Assembly: GCF_023266575.1 (NCBI RefSeq)
Contig: NZ_JAHFPV010000001.1
Origin: Sphingobium sp.
GTDB taxonomy: Bacteria > Pseudomonadota > Alphaproteobacteria > Sphingomonadales > Sphingomonadaceae
Length of the DNA stretch: 64,000 nt
Direction: 5' to 3' (one strand)
The notes under the pieces were generated by a model. That model saw nothing but the letters and a program-made list of their open reading frames with translations, did no database searches and had not been told where the DNA came from. This document shows positions 1 through 8,279 of this stretch, in pieces (the first letter of the stretch is position 1; every line of letters begins with the position of its first letter). The position numbers and the translations under genes were made by a program.

Positions 1-287
1 AGCCCCAGATTATCCTCTGCCCGCAAATGGCCCTGCACCGCAGCCTTGCGATACCAGTCCATCGCGGCATTGAGGTCCGGCTGTACGCCGCGGCCCAGCT
101 TATAGGCCTGGCCCAGATTGAACTGCGCGTCGGGATCGCCATTTTGCGCCAGCGGCCGCCATTCGCCGATCGCCTTGGCATAATCGCCCTGCTGCCAGGC
201 ATCGACCCCGGTCTTTACGTCGGCCAACACCGGTGCCGCGATGCCCATCATGGCGCCGACAGCCACAGCTCCCCAGATACGCTTCAT
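1..287 (-). CDS. Sel1-like (SLR/TPR family) repeat protein with signal-peptide-like N-terminus; 3' end cut by the window edge
   Basis: Manual minus-strand translation from ATG at 287: MKRIWGAVAVGAMMGIAAPVLADVKTGVDAWQQGDYAKAIGEWRPLAQNGDPDAQFNLGQAYKLGRGVQPDLNAAMDWYRKAAVQGHLRAEDNLG. The hydrophobic N-terminus is followed by the canonical Sel1 signature (F.LG..Y..G.GV..D...A..WY.KAA.QG). There is no stop before position 1, so the ORF track omits it. The listed 27..311(+) and 100..336(-) ORFs are other-frame shadows. Confidence 0.75.
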   Translation of the reverse strand, partial: MKRIWGAVAVGAMMGIAAPVLADVKTGVDAWQQGDYAKAIGEWRPLAQNGDPDAQFNLGQAYKLGRGVQPDLNAAMDWYRKAAVQGHLRAEDNLG

Positions 288-444
288 ATGCACATGCTCC
301 TGCGCCAATAGATTTGCATCGGCTATGATGAAACAAGGTTAATGTCTGATTAGCATAAGCACATCATGCTTGAAACGCGCTTAACCCTGTTGACACTTCG
401 TCAATCAAACTTCCCCGCTCATTAACCGAATTTTAGGCGCGGTT

Positions 445-1206
445 ATGGCAATCCCAGACGGAACTGGATTTTCTGGGGGGATTTGCGTGCGGATTTTGGC
501 TTTGGCATCGCAGAAGGGCGGATCGGGCAAGACCACCTTGTCGGGCCATCTGGCCGTGCAGGCGCAGATTGCCGGGGCCGGTCCTGTCGTGCTGATCGAC
601 ATCGATCCGCAAGGGTCGCTGGCCGACTGGTGGAACGAGCGGGAGGCGGAACTGCCCGCTTTCGCGCAAACAACCGTCGCACGGCTTGCCGCCGATCTGG
701 AAATATTGCGGCAGCAGGGCTTCAAGCTGGCCGTCATCGACACGCCGCCTGCCATCACCATGGCGATCCAGAGCGTCATTTTCGTCGCCGAACTCATCGT
801 CGTGCCGACCCGCCCCAGCCCGCATGACCTGCGCGCCGTGGGCGCGACCGTCGATCTGTGCGAGCGCGCGGGCAAGCCGCTGATCTTCGTGGTGAACGGC
901 GCAACGCCCAAGGCACGGATCACGTCGGAAGCCGCCGTCGCCCTGTCGCAACATGGCACGGTCGCGCCGATTACCCTGCACCACCGCACCGATTTTGCCG
1001 CATCAATGATCGACGGTCGCACCGTGATGGAGGTCGATCCAAAGGGACGGTCGGCGGCGGAGGTCGTAGCGCTATGGTCGTACATCTCCGACCGGCTCGA
1101 AAAGAATTTCCGCCGCACGGTTTTTTCCGTGCCCCAGGGCAGCGTCGGCACCGTCGCAACCCGTCCGGTCGGCGGGGGCTTCGGTCGCCGCGTGATCGGC
1201 CAGTAA
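445..1206 (+). CDS. parA: ParA-type partition ATPase (deviant Walker A)
   Basis: Track ORF contains RILALASQKGGSGKTTLSGHLA (KGGxGKT deviant Walker A) and LIDIDPQGS. An in-frame GTG at 487, preceded by a G-run at 473-479, is the more likely true start (VRILALASQKGG...). Confidence 0.9.
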   Translation: MAIPDGTGFSGGICVRILALASQKGGSGKTTLSGHLAVQAQIAGAGPVVLIDIDPQGSLADWWNEREAELPAFAQTTVARLAADLEILRQQGFKLAVIDTPPAITMAIQSVIFVAELIVVPTRPSPHDLRAVGATVDLCERAGKPLIFVVNGATPKARITSEAAVALSQHGTVAPITLHHRTDFAASMIDGRTVMEVDPKGRSAAEVVALWSYISDRLEKNFRRTVFSVPQGSVGTVATRPVGGGFGRRVIGQ

Positions 1207-1218
1207 GGGGGACGCATC

Positions 1219-1734
1219 ATGGCCGAACCCAAACCCCTCGCATCGCTCACCTCCGGCCTGCTCGCCCGCAAGGGCGCGGCGCAGCCCGCCATGCGCCGCC
1301 CCATGCTCGGCTTTGGCCGTGCTGCGGGCGCTGCCGTGCAGCAGGATGATCTGGGCTGGAACGACATGGGTTTCGACGTGGAGCCTGCGCCATTGCCGGT
1401 GGACGAGCAGCCGGTCGCGATCGGCCTGACGCCGATGCCGGCGGCGGTCCCAGTCCCGGCACCGGTGCCGCCGGTCGTCATCGAGCGTGAGGAACTGGCT
1501 GAACGCATCGCGGGCAAGCCAGCGCCGGCCAAGGCGAAAGCCACGGCCAGCCGCAAGGCGGCCTTCACGCTGCGGATCGACGCGGATCGTCATCTCAAAC
1601 TGCGGTTCGCCTGCGCCATTACCGGCCGTTCGGCGCAGCAGATCGTCACCGAATCTCTCGACAATTTTCTCAACGGCCTGCCGGAAATTGACCGGCTGAC
1701 ACAGCAGCTGCCGCACATGCGCGGCAACCAGTGA
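1219..1734 (+). CDS. Ribbon-helix-helix (CopG/ParG-like) protein, probable centromere-binding partner of ParA
   Basis: Starts 13 nt after the parA stop. It has a Pro/Ala-rich linker, then the C-terminal segment KAAFTLRIDADRHLKLRFACAITGRSAQQIVTESLDNFL, which has the beta-strand/helix/helix pattern of RHH DNA-binding domains. The ParA + small RHH arrangement resembles type Ib partition loci. Confidence 0.6.
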   Translation: MAEPKPLASLTSGLLARKGAAQPAMRRPMLGFGRAAGAAVQQDDLGWNDMGFDVEPAPLPVDEQPVAIGLTPMPAAVPVPAPVPPVVIEREELAERIAGKPAPAKAKATASRKAAFTLRIDADRHLKLRFACAITGRSAQQIVTESLDNFLNGLPEIDRLTQQLPHMRGNQ

Positions 1735-1741
1735 TTGAAGG

Positions 1742-3103
1742 GTGGGTAGGACTATGAAGCGCAACACATTTGCAAAGGCGGCGATTTCATCGCTGCTCAT
1801 CGCCACCACCATGGTTGGCTGCACCGGGGCGGCGTTCCGTCCTTCCGCATCGGTCGTCCAGCAAAAGGGCAACCCGACCAAGCTTGCCATCGCGGCTGAA
1901 AAGGCGCTGGCCGATCGCGACGGCGGCAAGGCGATTGCGGCGGCTGAGGCAGCGGTGCAACTCGCGCCGCAGAACGCCGCCTATCGCCAGATGCTGGGCC
2001 GGGCCTATGTGTTGGCCGGTCGTTTCGCATCGGCTGAAGCTGCGCTCACCGACGCCATGACGCTGGGCAATAATGACGCGCGCACGATCGTCAGCCTGGC
2101 GCTGGTGCAGGTCGCGCAGGGTCGCGCCGATAGCGCGCGCAGCCTGCTGCTCGCCCATGCCGATACCGTTCCTGCTGGCGACTATGGTCTGGCGATGGCG
2201 ATGGCCGGTGACGCGCCCGAAGGCGTGCGCATCCTGTCCGAAGCGATCCATGATCCGTCCGCCACCGCACGCACCCGCCAGAATCTGGCCTATGCCTATG
2301 CGCTGGCGGGCCGCTGGAAGGATGCGCGGATGATCGTGGGCATGGACCTTGATCCGCTCGCTGCCAACAAGCGCATTTCCGACTGGGCGCAGATCGCTGA
2401 ACCCTCCGCCGCGCCGCAGCGCGTTGCTGCGCTGATGGGCGTGACGATCGATGCTGCCGATGCTGGCCAGCCGGTGGCTCTGGCGCTTGCGCCAGCTACG
2501 TCCGCGCCGGTCGAAATGGCTGCTGCGCCGTCCGACCCAGCGCCTCTGCCCGCTGCGCAGGCGGAAGTGCCGGTGCAGACCGCCTCCGTCGAACCAGTCG
2601 CTGCACCGGTTGCAGAACCCGCGCCGGTGGCCCAGCCCTCACCGGTCCGCGTCACTGCCCGCGACTTCATCGTCGAAGATCATAAGGCCAAGCCGGTCGC
2701 GGCAAAGACTCGCGCCAAGGCGCAGACCGTGACCGCATCCGCGTCAGTCGCCCGTATGCAGCAGGCCGCCTTCATCAAGCCGGTCAGCGCCGGTGCCAGC
2801 AACTGGGTTGTCCAACTCGGTGCCTATGACACGGCGGCGATCGCCAAGGAAAAATGGATGAGCATGGCAGGCCGCAACAGCACGCTTGCGGCTTTCCCGG
2901 TTCTCACCAGCCAGGCGACGGTTAAGGGCAAGCCCTATCACCGCCTCGCGATCAGCGGCTTTGCCAGCCGCAACGATGCGATGACAGCCTGCCTGGCCAT
3001 CCAGTCGCAGCGCGGCCAGTGCTTCGTGCGCGAAGGCGCGCCGGGCGCGACGCCGCAGCGCTGGGCCATCGCGACCAAGGGCCGCCAGTTCGCTTCGCGC
3101 TGA
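1742..3103 (+). CDS. TPR-repeat / SPOR-domain lipoprotein
   Basis: Lipobox-like TTMVGC after a hydrophobic N-terminus (likely start ATG 1754, MKRNTFAKAAISSLLIATTMVGC). TPR-like helices follow (AIAAAEAAVQLAPQNAAYRQMLGRAYVLAGRFASAEAAL), then a Pro/Ala linker. C-terminal SPOR-like segment: NWVVQLGAYDTAAIAKEKW...YHRLAISGFASRNDAMTACLAIQ. Confidence 0.8.
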   Translation: MGRTMKRNTFAKAAISSLLIATTMVGCTGAAFRPSASVVQQKGNPTKLAIAAEKALADRDGGKAIAAAEAAVQLAPQNAAYRQMLGRAYVLAGRFASAEAALTDAMTLGNNDARTIVSLALVQVAQGRADSARSLLLAHADTVPAGDYGLAMAMAGDAPEGVRILSEAIHDPSATARTRQNLAYAYALAGRWKDARMIVGMDLDPLAANKRISDWAQIAEPSAAPQRVAALMGVTIDAADAGQPVALALAPATSAPVEMAAAPSDPAPLPAAQAEVPVQTASVEPVAAPVAEPAPVAQPSPVRVTARDFIVEDHKAKPVAAKTRAKAQTVTASASVARMQQAAFIKPVSAGASNWVVQLGAYDTAAIAKEKWMSMAGRNSTLAAFPVLTSQATVKGKPYHRLAISGFASRNDAMTACLAIQSQRGQCFVREGAPGATPQRWAIATKGRQFASR

Positions 3104-3131
3104 ACTTCCTCTCCCATAGCGCAACCTTGAA

Positions 3132-3164
3132 GCGCGCGAGGCCATCGGCTTCGCGCGTTTTTTC
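3132..3164 (+). terminator. Rho-independent terminator after the SPOR gene
   Basis: Stem GCGCGAGGCC (3134-3143) / GGCTTCGCGC (3147-3156) with one mismatch and a 3-nt loop, followed by TTTTTT at 3158-3163. Confidence 0.7.
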
Positions 3165-3261
3165 TTGGGACGTTCGCGCCAAGCTGTGCCTTTCGCCAGT
3201 GTCATGGATCAACCGGGCGGGGCATAGCGAACGCAAAGCGCAGTCCCTGGAGAGAAACGCC

Positions 3262-4293
3262 GTGATCAACCGCCAGATAGTCCTTGCCTCGCGTCCCCAC
3301 GGTGTCCCTGTTCCAGAAAATTTCGCGCTGGTCGACAATCCGGTGCGGGCGCTGGAGGATGGCGAAATCCTGATCCAGAATGAGGTATTCGCCATCGACC
3401 CTGCCGTGCGCGGGCTGCTGGATGCCAATGATGACAGCTATCTGCCTGCGGTCGCGATTGGTGGCCTGATCCCGACAATGGTGCTGGGCCGTGTCATCCA
3501 GTCGCGCAATCCGGCCTTCAAGGAGGGCGATTATGGCCGCGGCTTTGTCGGCTGGGAGGAATATTCGATCCTGAACCCTGCCAATTTCGCGATCGAGAAT
3601 GTCCATGTCGATCCCACCGTGCCGCTGACCGCCTATATGGGGGCGCTCGGCTGGTCGGGGATCACCGCCTATGTCGGCCTGAAGCGCATCGGCGAGATGA
3701 AGGCGGGTGACACGGTGGTGATGAGCGCGGCGGCGGGGGCTGTCGGTAGCGTCGGGTGCCAGATCGCTAAATTGTCAGGCTGCCGATCGGTCGGAATCGT
3801 CGGATCGCCGGACAAGGCGGCGATGGTCACCGGCACCTTCGGCATCGACGCGGCGATCGACTATCGCGCAGAGGCGGATCTGGATGCGGCGATCAAGGCG
3901 GCCTGTCCCGACGGCGTCAGCGTCTATTTCGACAATGTCGGCGGGCATATACTCGACGCGATGCTGCCCAATATGGCGGCGTTCGGGCGGATCGTGACCT
4001 GCGGCATGATGGCCAATTATAACAACCACAATGATCCCTACCCGATCCGCAACCTGTGGCAGGTGCTGGTGAATCGCATCACGATGCGCGGCTTCCTGGC
4101 ATATGAGCATCTCGACATGCTGGCCGAGGCGGAGGCGCAACTGGGCGGCTGGATCAGATCGGGCGCTTTGATCGCGCAGGAAAATGTCACGACCGGCATC
4201 GAAAATACGCCGAGCGCTTTCATCAACCTGATGTCCGGCAAGACCACGGGGAAGACGGTGGTGCGGCTGAATGAGGGCGTGACGACGTTGTAA
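3262..4293 (+). CDS. NADP-dependent oxidoreductase, MDR superfamily (alkenal/enone reductase, PTGR1/YncB/CurA-like)
   Basis: Track ORF 3019..4293; I prefer the in-frame GTG at 3262 (GGAGAG 7 nt upstream) because 3019 would overlap the SPOR gene and its terminator. Sequence INRQIVLASRPHGVPVPENFALVD...GDTVVMSAAAGAVGSVGCQIAKLSGC shows the AxxGxxG Rossmann motif typical of this family. Confidence 0.85.
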   Translation: MINRQIVLASRPHGVPVPENFALVDNPVRALEDGEILIQNEVFAIDPAVRGLLDANDDSYLPAVAIGGLIPTMVLGRVIQSRNPAFKEGDYGRGFVGWEEYSILNPANFAIENVHVDPTVPLTAYMGALGWSGITAYVGLKRIGEMKAGDTVVMSAAAGAVGSVGCQIAKLSGCRSVGIVGSPDKAAMVTGTFGIDAAIDYRAEADLDAAIKAACPDGVSVYFDNVGGHILDAMLPNMAAFGRIVTCGMMANYNNHNDPYPIRNLWQVLVNRITMRGFLAYEHLDMLAEAEAQLGGWIRSGALIAQENVTTGIENTPSAFINLMSGKTTGKTVVRLNEGVTTL

Positions 4294-4320
4294 TATCAAG
4301 ACATGACAATTGGGTTTCAT

Positions 4321-4426
4321 CTCCCCTCCCCGCCGGGGAGGGGTTGGGGGAGGGGGAGTGAGGCGAAGCCGAGCGTCGACGCTGGCGGCAGCACACCCCC
4401 ACCCAACCTCCCCCTCAAGGGGGAGG
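4321..4426. repeat. REP-like nested G/C-rich palindromic element between convergent genes
   Basis: Hairpin CCCCTCCCC-gcc-GGGGAGGGG (4323-4343). Perfect 12-bp palindrome AGCGTCGACGCT (4372-4383). Hairpin CCTCCCCC-tcaa-GGGGGAGG (4407-4426). The outer arms GGTTGGGGGAGGGGG and CCCCCACCCAACC are imperfectly complementary. Confidence 0.5.
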
Positions 4427-4494
4427 ATTCTGACAGCCCATGTTAGTGTATCAAGGGGCCGTCGGCCTGATAGGCCGTTCGGGCTTAGCCCGCC

Positions 4495-5673
4495 TCACAA
4501 TACTGGCGGTGCCTCGTTCGGGTCGGCACGCTGGAGATAGTCCACATATTTGTGGAAATATTGGTTTCCGCGCTCGTTGCGGCCGAAGATCACCGAGGGA
4601 ATCGCGCCGGACTCCAGCCCCTTCTGGACCTGCAATCCAACGCCATAATCCTCGTCATTCACGACGTCGCGCAGCCAGTCCATCATGGCTTCGATGCCCG
4701 CTGCGTCCGCATCGTCCTTGGGCGGTTGGCGGCGGATGAACATCAGGTTGGTGGTGTTGCTGCCGGGTGTGTCGCCGGGGATGAGTTGCGCGACCTGGGT
4801 GATTTCGGGCGCGAAGAAGATGCTGATATTGGGGAAGATGGTGCGGACGAAGTCATAGCCTTCATTCTCATGCTCGCCCCAATCTGCACGCGGGATCGCG
4901 CTCAGCGCTTCCTTGATCCGCACTTGCGGATAGCCCACGCGCATATGCGGGCCGAAGGCGGTGAAATTCATGATATTGCTGAAGCTGCGCGGATGGATGG
5001 TGGTCGGGTGCGCGGCGGCGAAATGATAGCCCTCCAGATAGCCGTCATAGGCGATCTTCCAGTTCGGCCCGTAAATCCGCCGCGACCCGCAATAATGCCA
5101 GCTGCCCAGATCATAGGCTTCCAGATCATCCAGCATCCCGCCCAGATGCGCGGTGATGTCGAACTCCAGGCCCGGCGTCAGGCACACCCAGATGATCCCG
5201 CCCGCTTCGGCCACCGGCAATTGCGTCAGGCCACGCTCTTCCTTGCACACGGGACCGAATTTCTGCGGCTCGGCCACGCCGATCAGCTTGCCGTCATTGC
5301 CATAGGTCCAGGCATGATAGGGACAGGAAAAGCGCCTGGCATTGCCATGGCCTTCGGGTTTCAGGATCATGCCACGATGGGAGCAGACGTTCAGCATCGC
5401 CGCGACCGTGCCGTCGCTCTTGCGGGTGATGAGGACCGGCTTACCCATCAGGTCCATCGCCTTGTAATCGCCCGGATGAGGCATTTCGGCGGTCAGAGCG
5501 GCCAGCAGCGGCATCTTCATGAAGATTTCCGCTTTCTCCCGTGCGCAATAGGCGGGGTCGGTATAGGCGGATGCTGGCACCTCCATCGTGTCAGGAGCGC
5601 TGTCGGTCGTGCCGGTCTCGACATATTCCAGCATCTTTTCGGCTTCCTGGCCGATGACGTCATGATAGCCCAT
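4495..5673 (-). CDS. Rieske [2Fe-2S] non-heme-iron oxygenase, alpha-subunit-only type (KshA/phthalate-family-like)
   Basis: Rieske motif CSHRGMILKPEGHGNARRFSCPYHAWTY and mononuclear-iron motif LEGYHFAAAHP. Length is 392 aa and there is no adjacent beta subunit. Confidence 0.85.
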   Translation of the reverse strand: MGYHDVIGQEAEKMLEYVETGTTDSAPDTMEVPASAYTDPAYCAREKAEIFMKMPLLAALTAEMPHPGDYKAMDLMGKPVLITRKSDGTVAAMLNVCSHRGMILKPEGHGNARRFSCPYHAWTYGNDGKLIGVAEPQKFGPVCKEERGLTQLPVAEAGGIIWVCLTPGLEFDITAHLGGMLDDLEAYDLGSWHYCGSRRIYGPNWKIAYDGYLEGYHFAAAHPTTIHPRSFSNIMNFTAFGPHMRVGYPQVRIKEALSAIPRADWGEHENEGYDFVRTIFPNISIFFAPEITQVAQLIPGDTPGSNTTNLMFIRRQPPKDDADAAGIEAMMDWLRDVVNDEDYGVGLQVQKGLESGAIPSVIFGRNERGNQYFHKYVDYLQRADPNEAPPVL

Positions 5674-5862
5674 GCAAAGCCCTCTCTATCGTTCGCCGCT
5701 ATGGCTTTGCCCGCATCATAGCGCGCGCGTGACCAGGCCGGAACTCGATAAGGTCATAGGTAGCGCGCGTCTGCGCAACGGGGACTCTGACTAGCGCTAG
5801 TTGCACCCCGCCGCACAGGCGTCACTCTGTGGTGCAAACTATCGGAAGAGGATGTCTGGCGG

Positions 5863-6630
5863 ATGATGATCGACCTTAAGGGCAAGGTAGCGGTGGTGAC
5901 GGGGGCAGCATCGGCGAACGGACTGGGTTTTGCCGCTGCGCTCAAAATGGCGGGGCAGGGGGCCAGCCTGTTCCTGACCGATCTGGACGGCACCGCCGTC
6001 GCCGCCCGTGCCGAAGAATTGCGCGCGCAAGGGGTGCCAGCCCAATCCATGGCGCAGGACGTCACCGATGAAGCAGGCTGGACGGCCCTGATCGACGCGG
6101 TGGTCGCGGCGTTCGGCAAGATCGACATTCTCGTCAACAATGCGGGTATCGCCGTGCTGCGCGCAATGAGCGAGATGACCTCTGCCGACTGGCACAAGCA
6201 GATTTCGGTCAATCTGGACAGCGTCTATCTGGGCACCAAGGTGGCGGTCGATCAGATGCGGGCGCAGGGGCATGGCGGATCGATTGTCAACCTGTCATCG
6301 GTTGCGGGACTGGTCGGCGTACAGGGTACGGCTGCCTACGCCGCCAGCAAGGGCGGGGTGCGGCTCTTTTCCAAATCGGTGGCGCTGGAAACCGCGCGCG
6401 ACAATATCCGCGTCAACACGGTCCATCCCGGCATGATCTGGACTGACATGCAGAAGGTCGCAATCGCCGATAACAAGGATGTTTTCGACCAGATCGTCGC
6501 CGCCATACCGATGGGCCGGATGGGTGAACCGTCCGACATCGGCTCTATGGTCGCCTTTCTGGCGTCCGACGATGCGCGCTACATCACCGGCTGCGAATTT
6601 GTCGTCGACGGGGGGATGGTCGCGCAATGA
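5863..6630 (+). CDS. Short-chain dehydrogenase/reductase (SDR)
   Basis: Motifs VAVVTGAASANGLG (TGxxxGxG), NNAG and YAASKGG (YxxxK); 255 aa. Confidence 0.9.
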   Translation: MMIDLKGKVAVVTGAASANGLGFAAALKMAGQGASLFLTDLDGTAVAARAEELRAQGVPAQSMAQDVTDEAGWTALIDAVVAAFGKIDILVNNAGIAVLRAMSEMTSADWHKQISVNLDSVYLGTKVAVDQMRAQGHGGSIVNLSSVAGLVGVQGTAAYAASKGGVRLFSKSVALETARDNIRVNTVHPGMIWTDMQKVAIADNKDVFDQIVAAIPMGRMGEPSDIGSMVAFLASDDARYITGCEFVVDGGMVAQ

Positions 6631-6720
6631 CCACGACGTTATGTTTGAACGAACGACCAAGGTTTCAACGTGCGGTTATGCCCGTGCGGCAGAGCAGGCG
6701 GAATGGCAGGAGAGACATTA

Positions 6721-8139
6721 ATGGCTGAAAGCGACCCCCGGATCAAAGGCGCGCCCTTGCCGCGCTGCCCCGGCACCAGCGTCCGCGACCTGATGCTGGC
6801 GGATACCAACCCTGTGCCTGAATTTCTCTATACCGACGAATATGAAAATCTGGGGTCGGAACCGATCCCGGCCAGCCGCTACACCAGCCTTGAATTTTTC
6901 GAGGCCGAAAATCGCAAAATGTGGCCGCGCACCTGGCAATTTGCCGCGCGGGACGAAGAATTGCCGGAGGCGGGCGACCATGTCGTCTATGAAAATGTCG
7001 GCAAATCCTTTCTGCTGATCCGGCAGGAGGACGGGTCGGTCCGCGCCTTTGCCAATGTCTGCCTGCATCGCGGGCGCAAGCTCAAAACCGGGGACGGCTG
7101 GTCGGCGGAACTGCAATGCCCCTTCCATGGCTTTACCTGGAATAATGACGGGTCGGTCAAGAAAATCCCCTGCCGCTGGGACTTCGCCCACCTCAAGGAA
7201 GAGGAGATGGCGCTGCCGGAAATCAGCGTAGGGCGCTGGGGCGGCTATATCTTCATCCGCGAAGCGGCCGACGGCCCGACGCTGGAGGAATTTCTCGCCC
7301 CCATGCCGGAGCATTTCCAGCGCTGGCGACATGAGGAGTGCGCGACCGCCATGTGGGTCGGCAAAGTGGTTCCGGCCAACTGGAAGGTGGTGATGGAGGC
7401 TTTCATGGAAAGCTGGCACACCGTCGTCACCCATCCGCAATTGCTGCCCTTCACCGGCGACGCCAATTCGATGTACAATATCTATGGCGACTATGTGAAC
7501 CTGACGGTCACGCCGTTCGGCACCATGTCCCCCCATGTCGATCCGGCGGGCAAGGCAGAGCAATGGATCGTCGATGAATTCGTCAAATATAATGGCCGGT
7601 CGTCCGACAATTATGAGGACAAGGAAACAGCGGCAGGCGGCTACAACGTCAAGGTGCCAGAAGGCGTGACTGCACGTGCGGCATTGGGCGCATCGCTGCG
7701 CGATACCACGACCGCCATGTTCGGCCATGACGTCAGCTTCGCGACCGACGCTGAAATGATGGACGCGCTGCTCTATAATGTGTTCCCCAATTTCAGCCCA
7801 TGGGCCGGTTTCCAGCCGAACATTGTCTATCGCTGGCGTCCCTGGCACGATGTCGATCATTGCCTGATGGAAGTGCGCGTCCTGACCCGCGTCCCGCCGG
7901 GGCAGGCGCATCCCAAGGCGCCGCCAATGAAGTTTCTGTCGGTCGACCAAAAATGGACCGAAGCGCCGGAGCTGGGGATATTGGGGGACGTGTTTGAACA
8001 GGATATGGACAATCTGCCCTACGTCCAGACCGGCCTTAAAGCCTCGCTCAACGGCAAGGTGCAACTGGCCAATTATCAGGAAATCCAGATCCGCCAGTTC
8101 CAGAACACGATCATGAAATATCTGAACGACGAACTCTGA
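6721..8139 (+). CDS. Rieske [2Fe-2S] aromatic-ring-hydroxylating oxygenase alpha subunit
   Basis: Track ORF 6670..8139; ATG 6721 with GGAGAG 8 nt upstream is the likely start. Motifs CLHRGRKL...CPFHGFTW (Rieske) and MESWHTVVTHP (E..H....H iron site). No beta subunit gene is nearby. Confidence 0.85.
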   Translation: MAESDPRIKGAPLPRCPGTSVRDLMLADTNPVPEFLYTDEYENLGSEPIPASRYTSLEFFEAENRKMWPRTWQFAARDEELPEAGDHVVYENVGKSFLLIRQEDGSVRAFANVCLHRGRKLKTGDGWSAELQCPFHGFTWNNDGSVKKIPCRWDFAHLKEEEMALPEISVGRWGGYIFIREAADGPTLEEFLAPMPEHFQRWRHEECATAMWVGKVVPANWKVVMEAFMESWHTVVTHPQLLPFTGDANSMYNIYGDYVNLTVTPFGTMSPHVDPAGKAEQWIVDEFVKYNGRSSDNYEDKETAAGGYNVKVPEGVTARAALGASLRDTTTAMFGHDVSFATDAEMMDALLYNVFPNFSPWAGFQPNIVYRWRPWHDVDHCLMEVRVLTRVPPGQAHPKAPPMKFLSVDQKWTEAPELGILGDVFEQDMDNLPYVQTGLKASLNGKVQLANYQEIQIRQFQNTIMKYLNDEL

Positions 8140-8162
8140 TCGGAGGTTGCGTAAAAGGGAGG

Positions 8163-8194
8163 GCGTCGGAGCGATGGTTCCGGCGCTTTTTTTT
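8163..8194 (+). terminator. Rho-independent terminator after the Rieske oxygenase gene
   Basis: 10-bp stem GCGTCGGAGC / GTTCCGGCGC (two G-U pairs), loop GATG, then T8 at 8187-8194. Confidence 0.7.
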
Positions 8195-8223
8195 GGCGGT
8201 GATCAAAGCCCGCTGTTGCACAC

Positions 8224-8262
8224 AAAAAGAGGCCGGGGATCATCTCCCCGGCCTCCTTCTTT
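8224..8262 (-). terminator. Rho-independent terminator after the TonB-dependent receptor gene (possibly bidirectional)
   Basis: Perfect 11-bp stem GAGGCCGGGGA (8229-8239) / TCCCCGGCCTC (8245-8255). It is flanked by AAAAA on the left (TTTTT on the minus strand) and CTTCTTT on the right. Confidence 0.75.
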
Positions 8263-8279
8263 GCGCTTTGGCATTTCGT

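Noticed and set aside
405-1568. 387-aa minus-strand ORF spanning parA and the RHH gene
   Set aside because: It is antisense to a ParA with textbook Walker motifs, and its translation is Ala/Gly/Arg/Ser/Thr-rich with no motifs.
1219-1734. The RHH protein as an antitoxin of a toxin-antitoxin pair
   Set aside because: There is no small toxin ORF adjacent. Its position immediately after parA and its long Pro/Ala linker fit a partition adaptor better.
3019-3261. Upstream extension of the MDR oxidoreductase ORF to GTG 3019
   Set aside because: It would overlap the end of the SPOR gene and run through a good Rho-independent terminator. GTG 3262 has a proper GGAGAG RBS and matches the usual N-terminus of the family.
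4552-8064. ORFs 4552..5721(+) and 6718..8064(-) overlapping the two Rieske oxygenase genes
   Set aside because: Only the opposite-strand frames contain the CxH...CxxH Rieske and E..H....H iron motifs. These ORFs are shadows.
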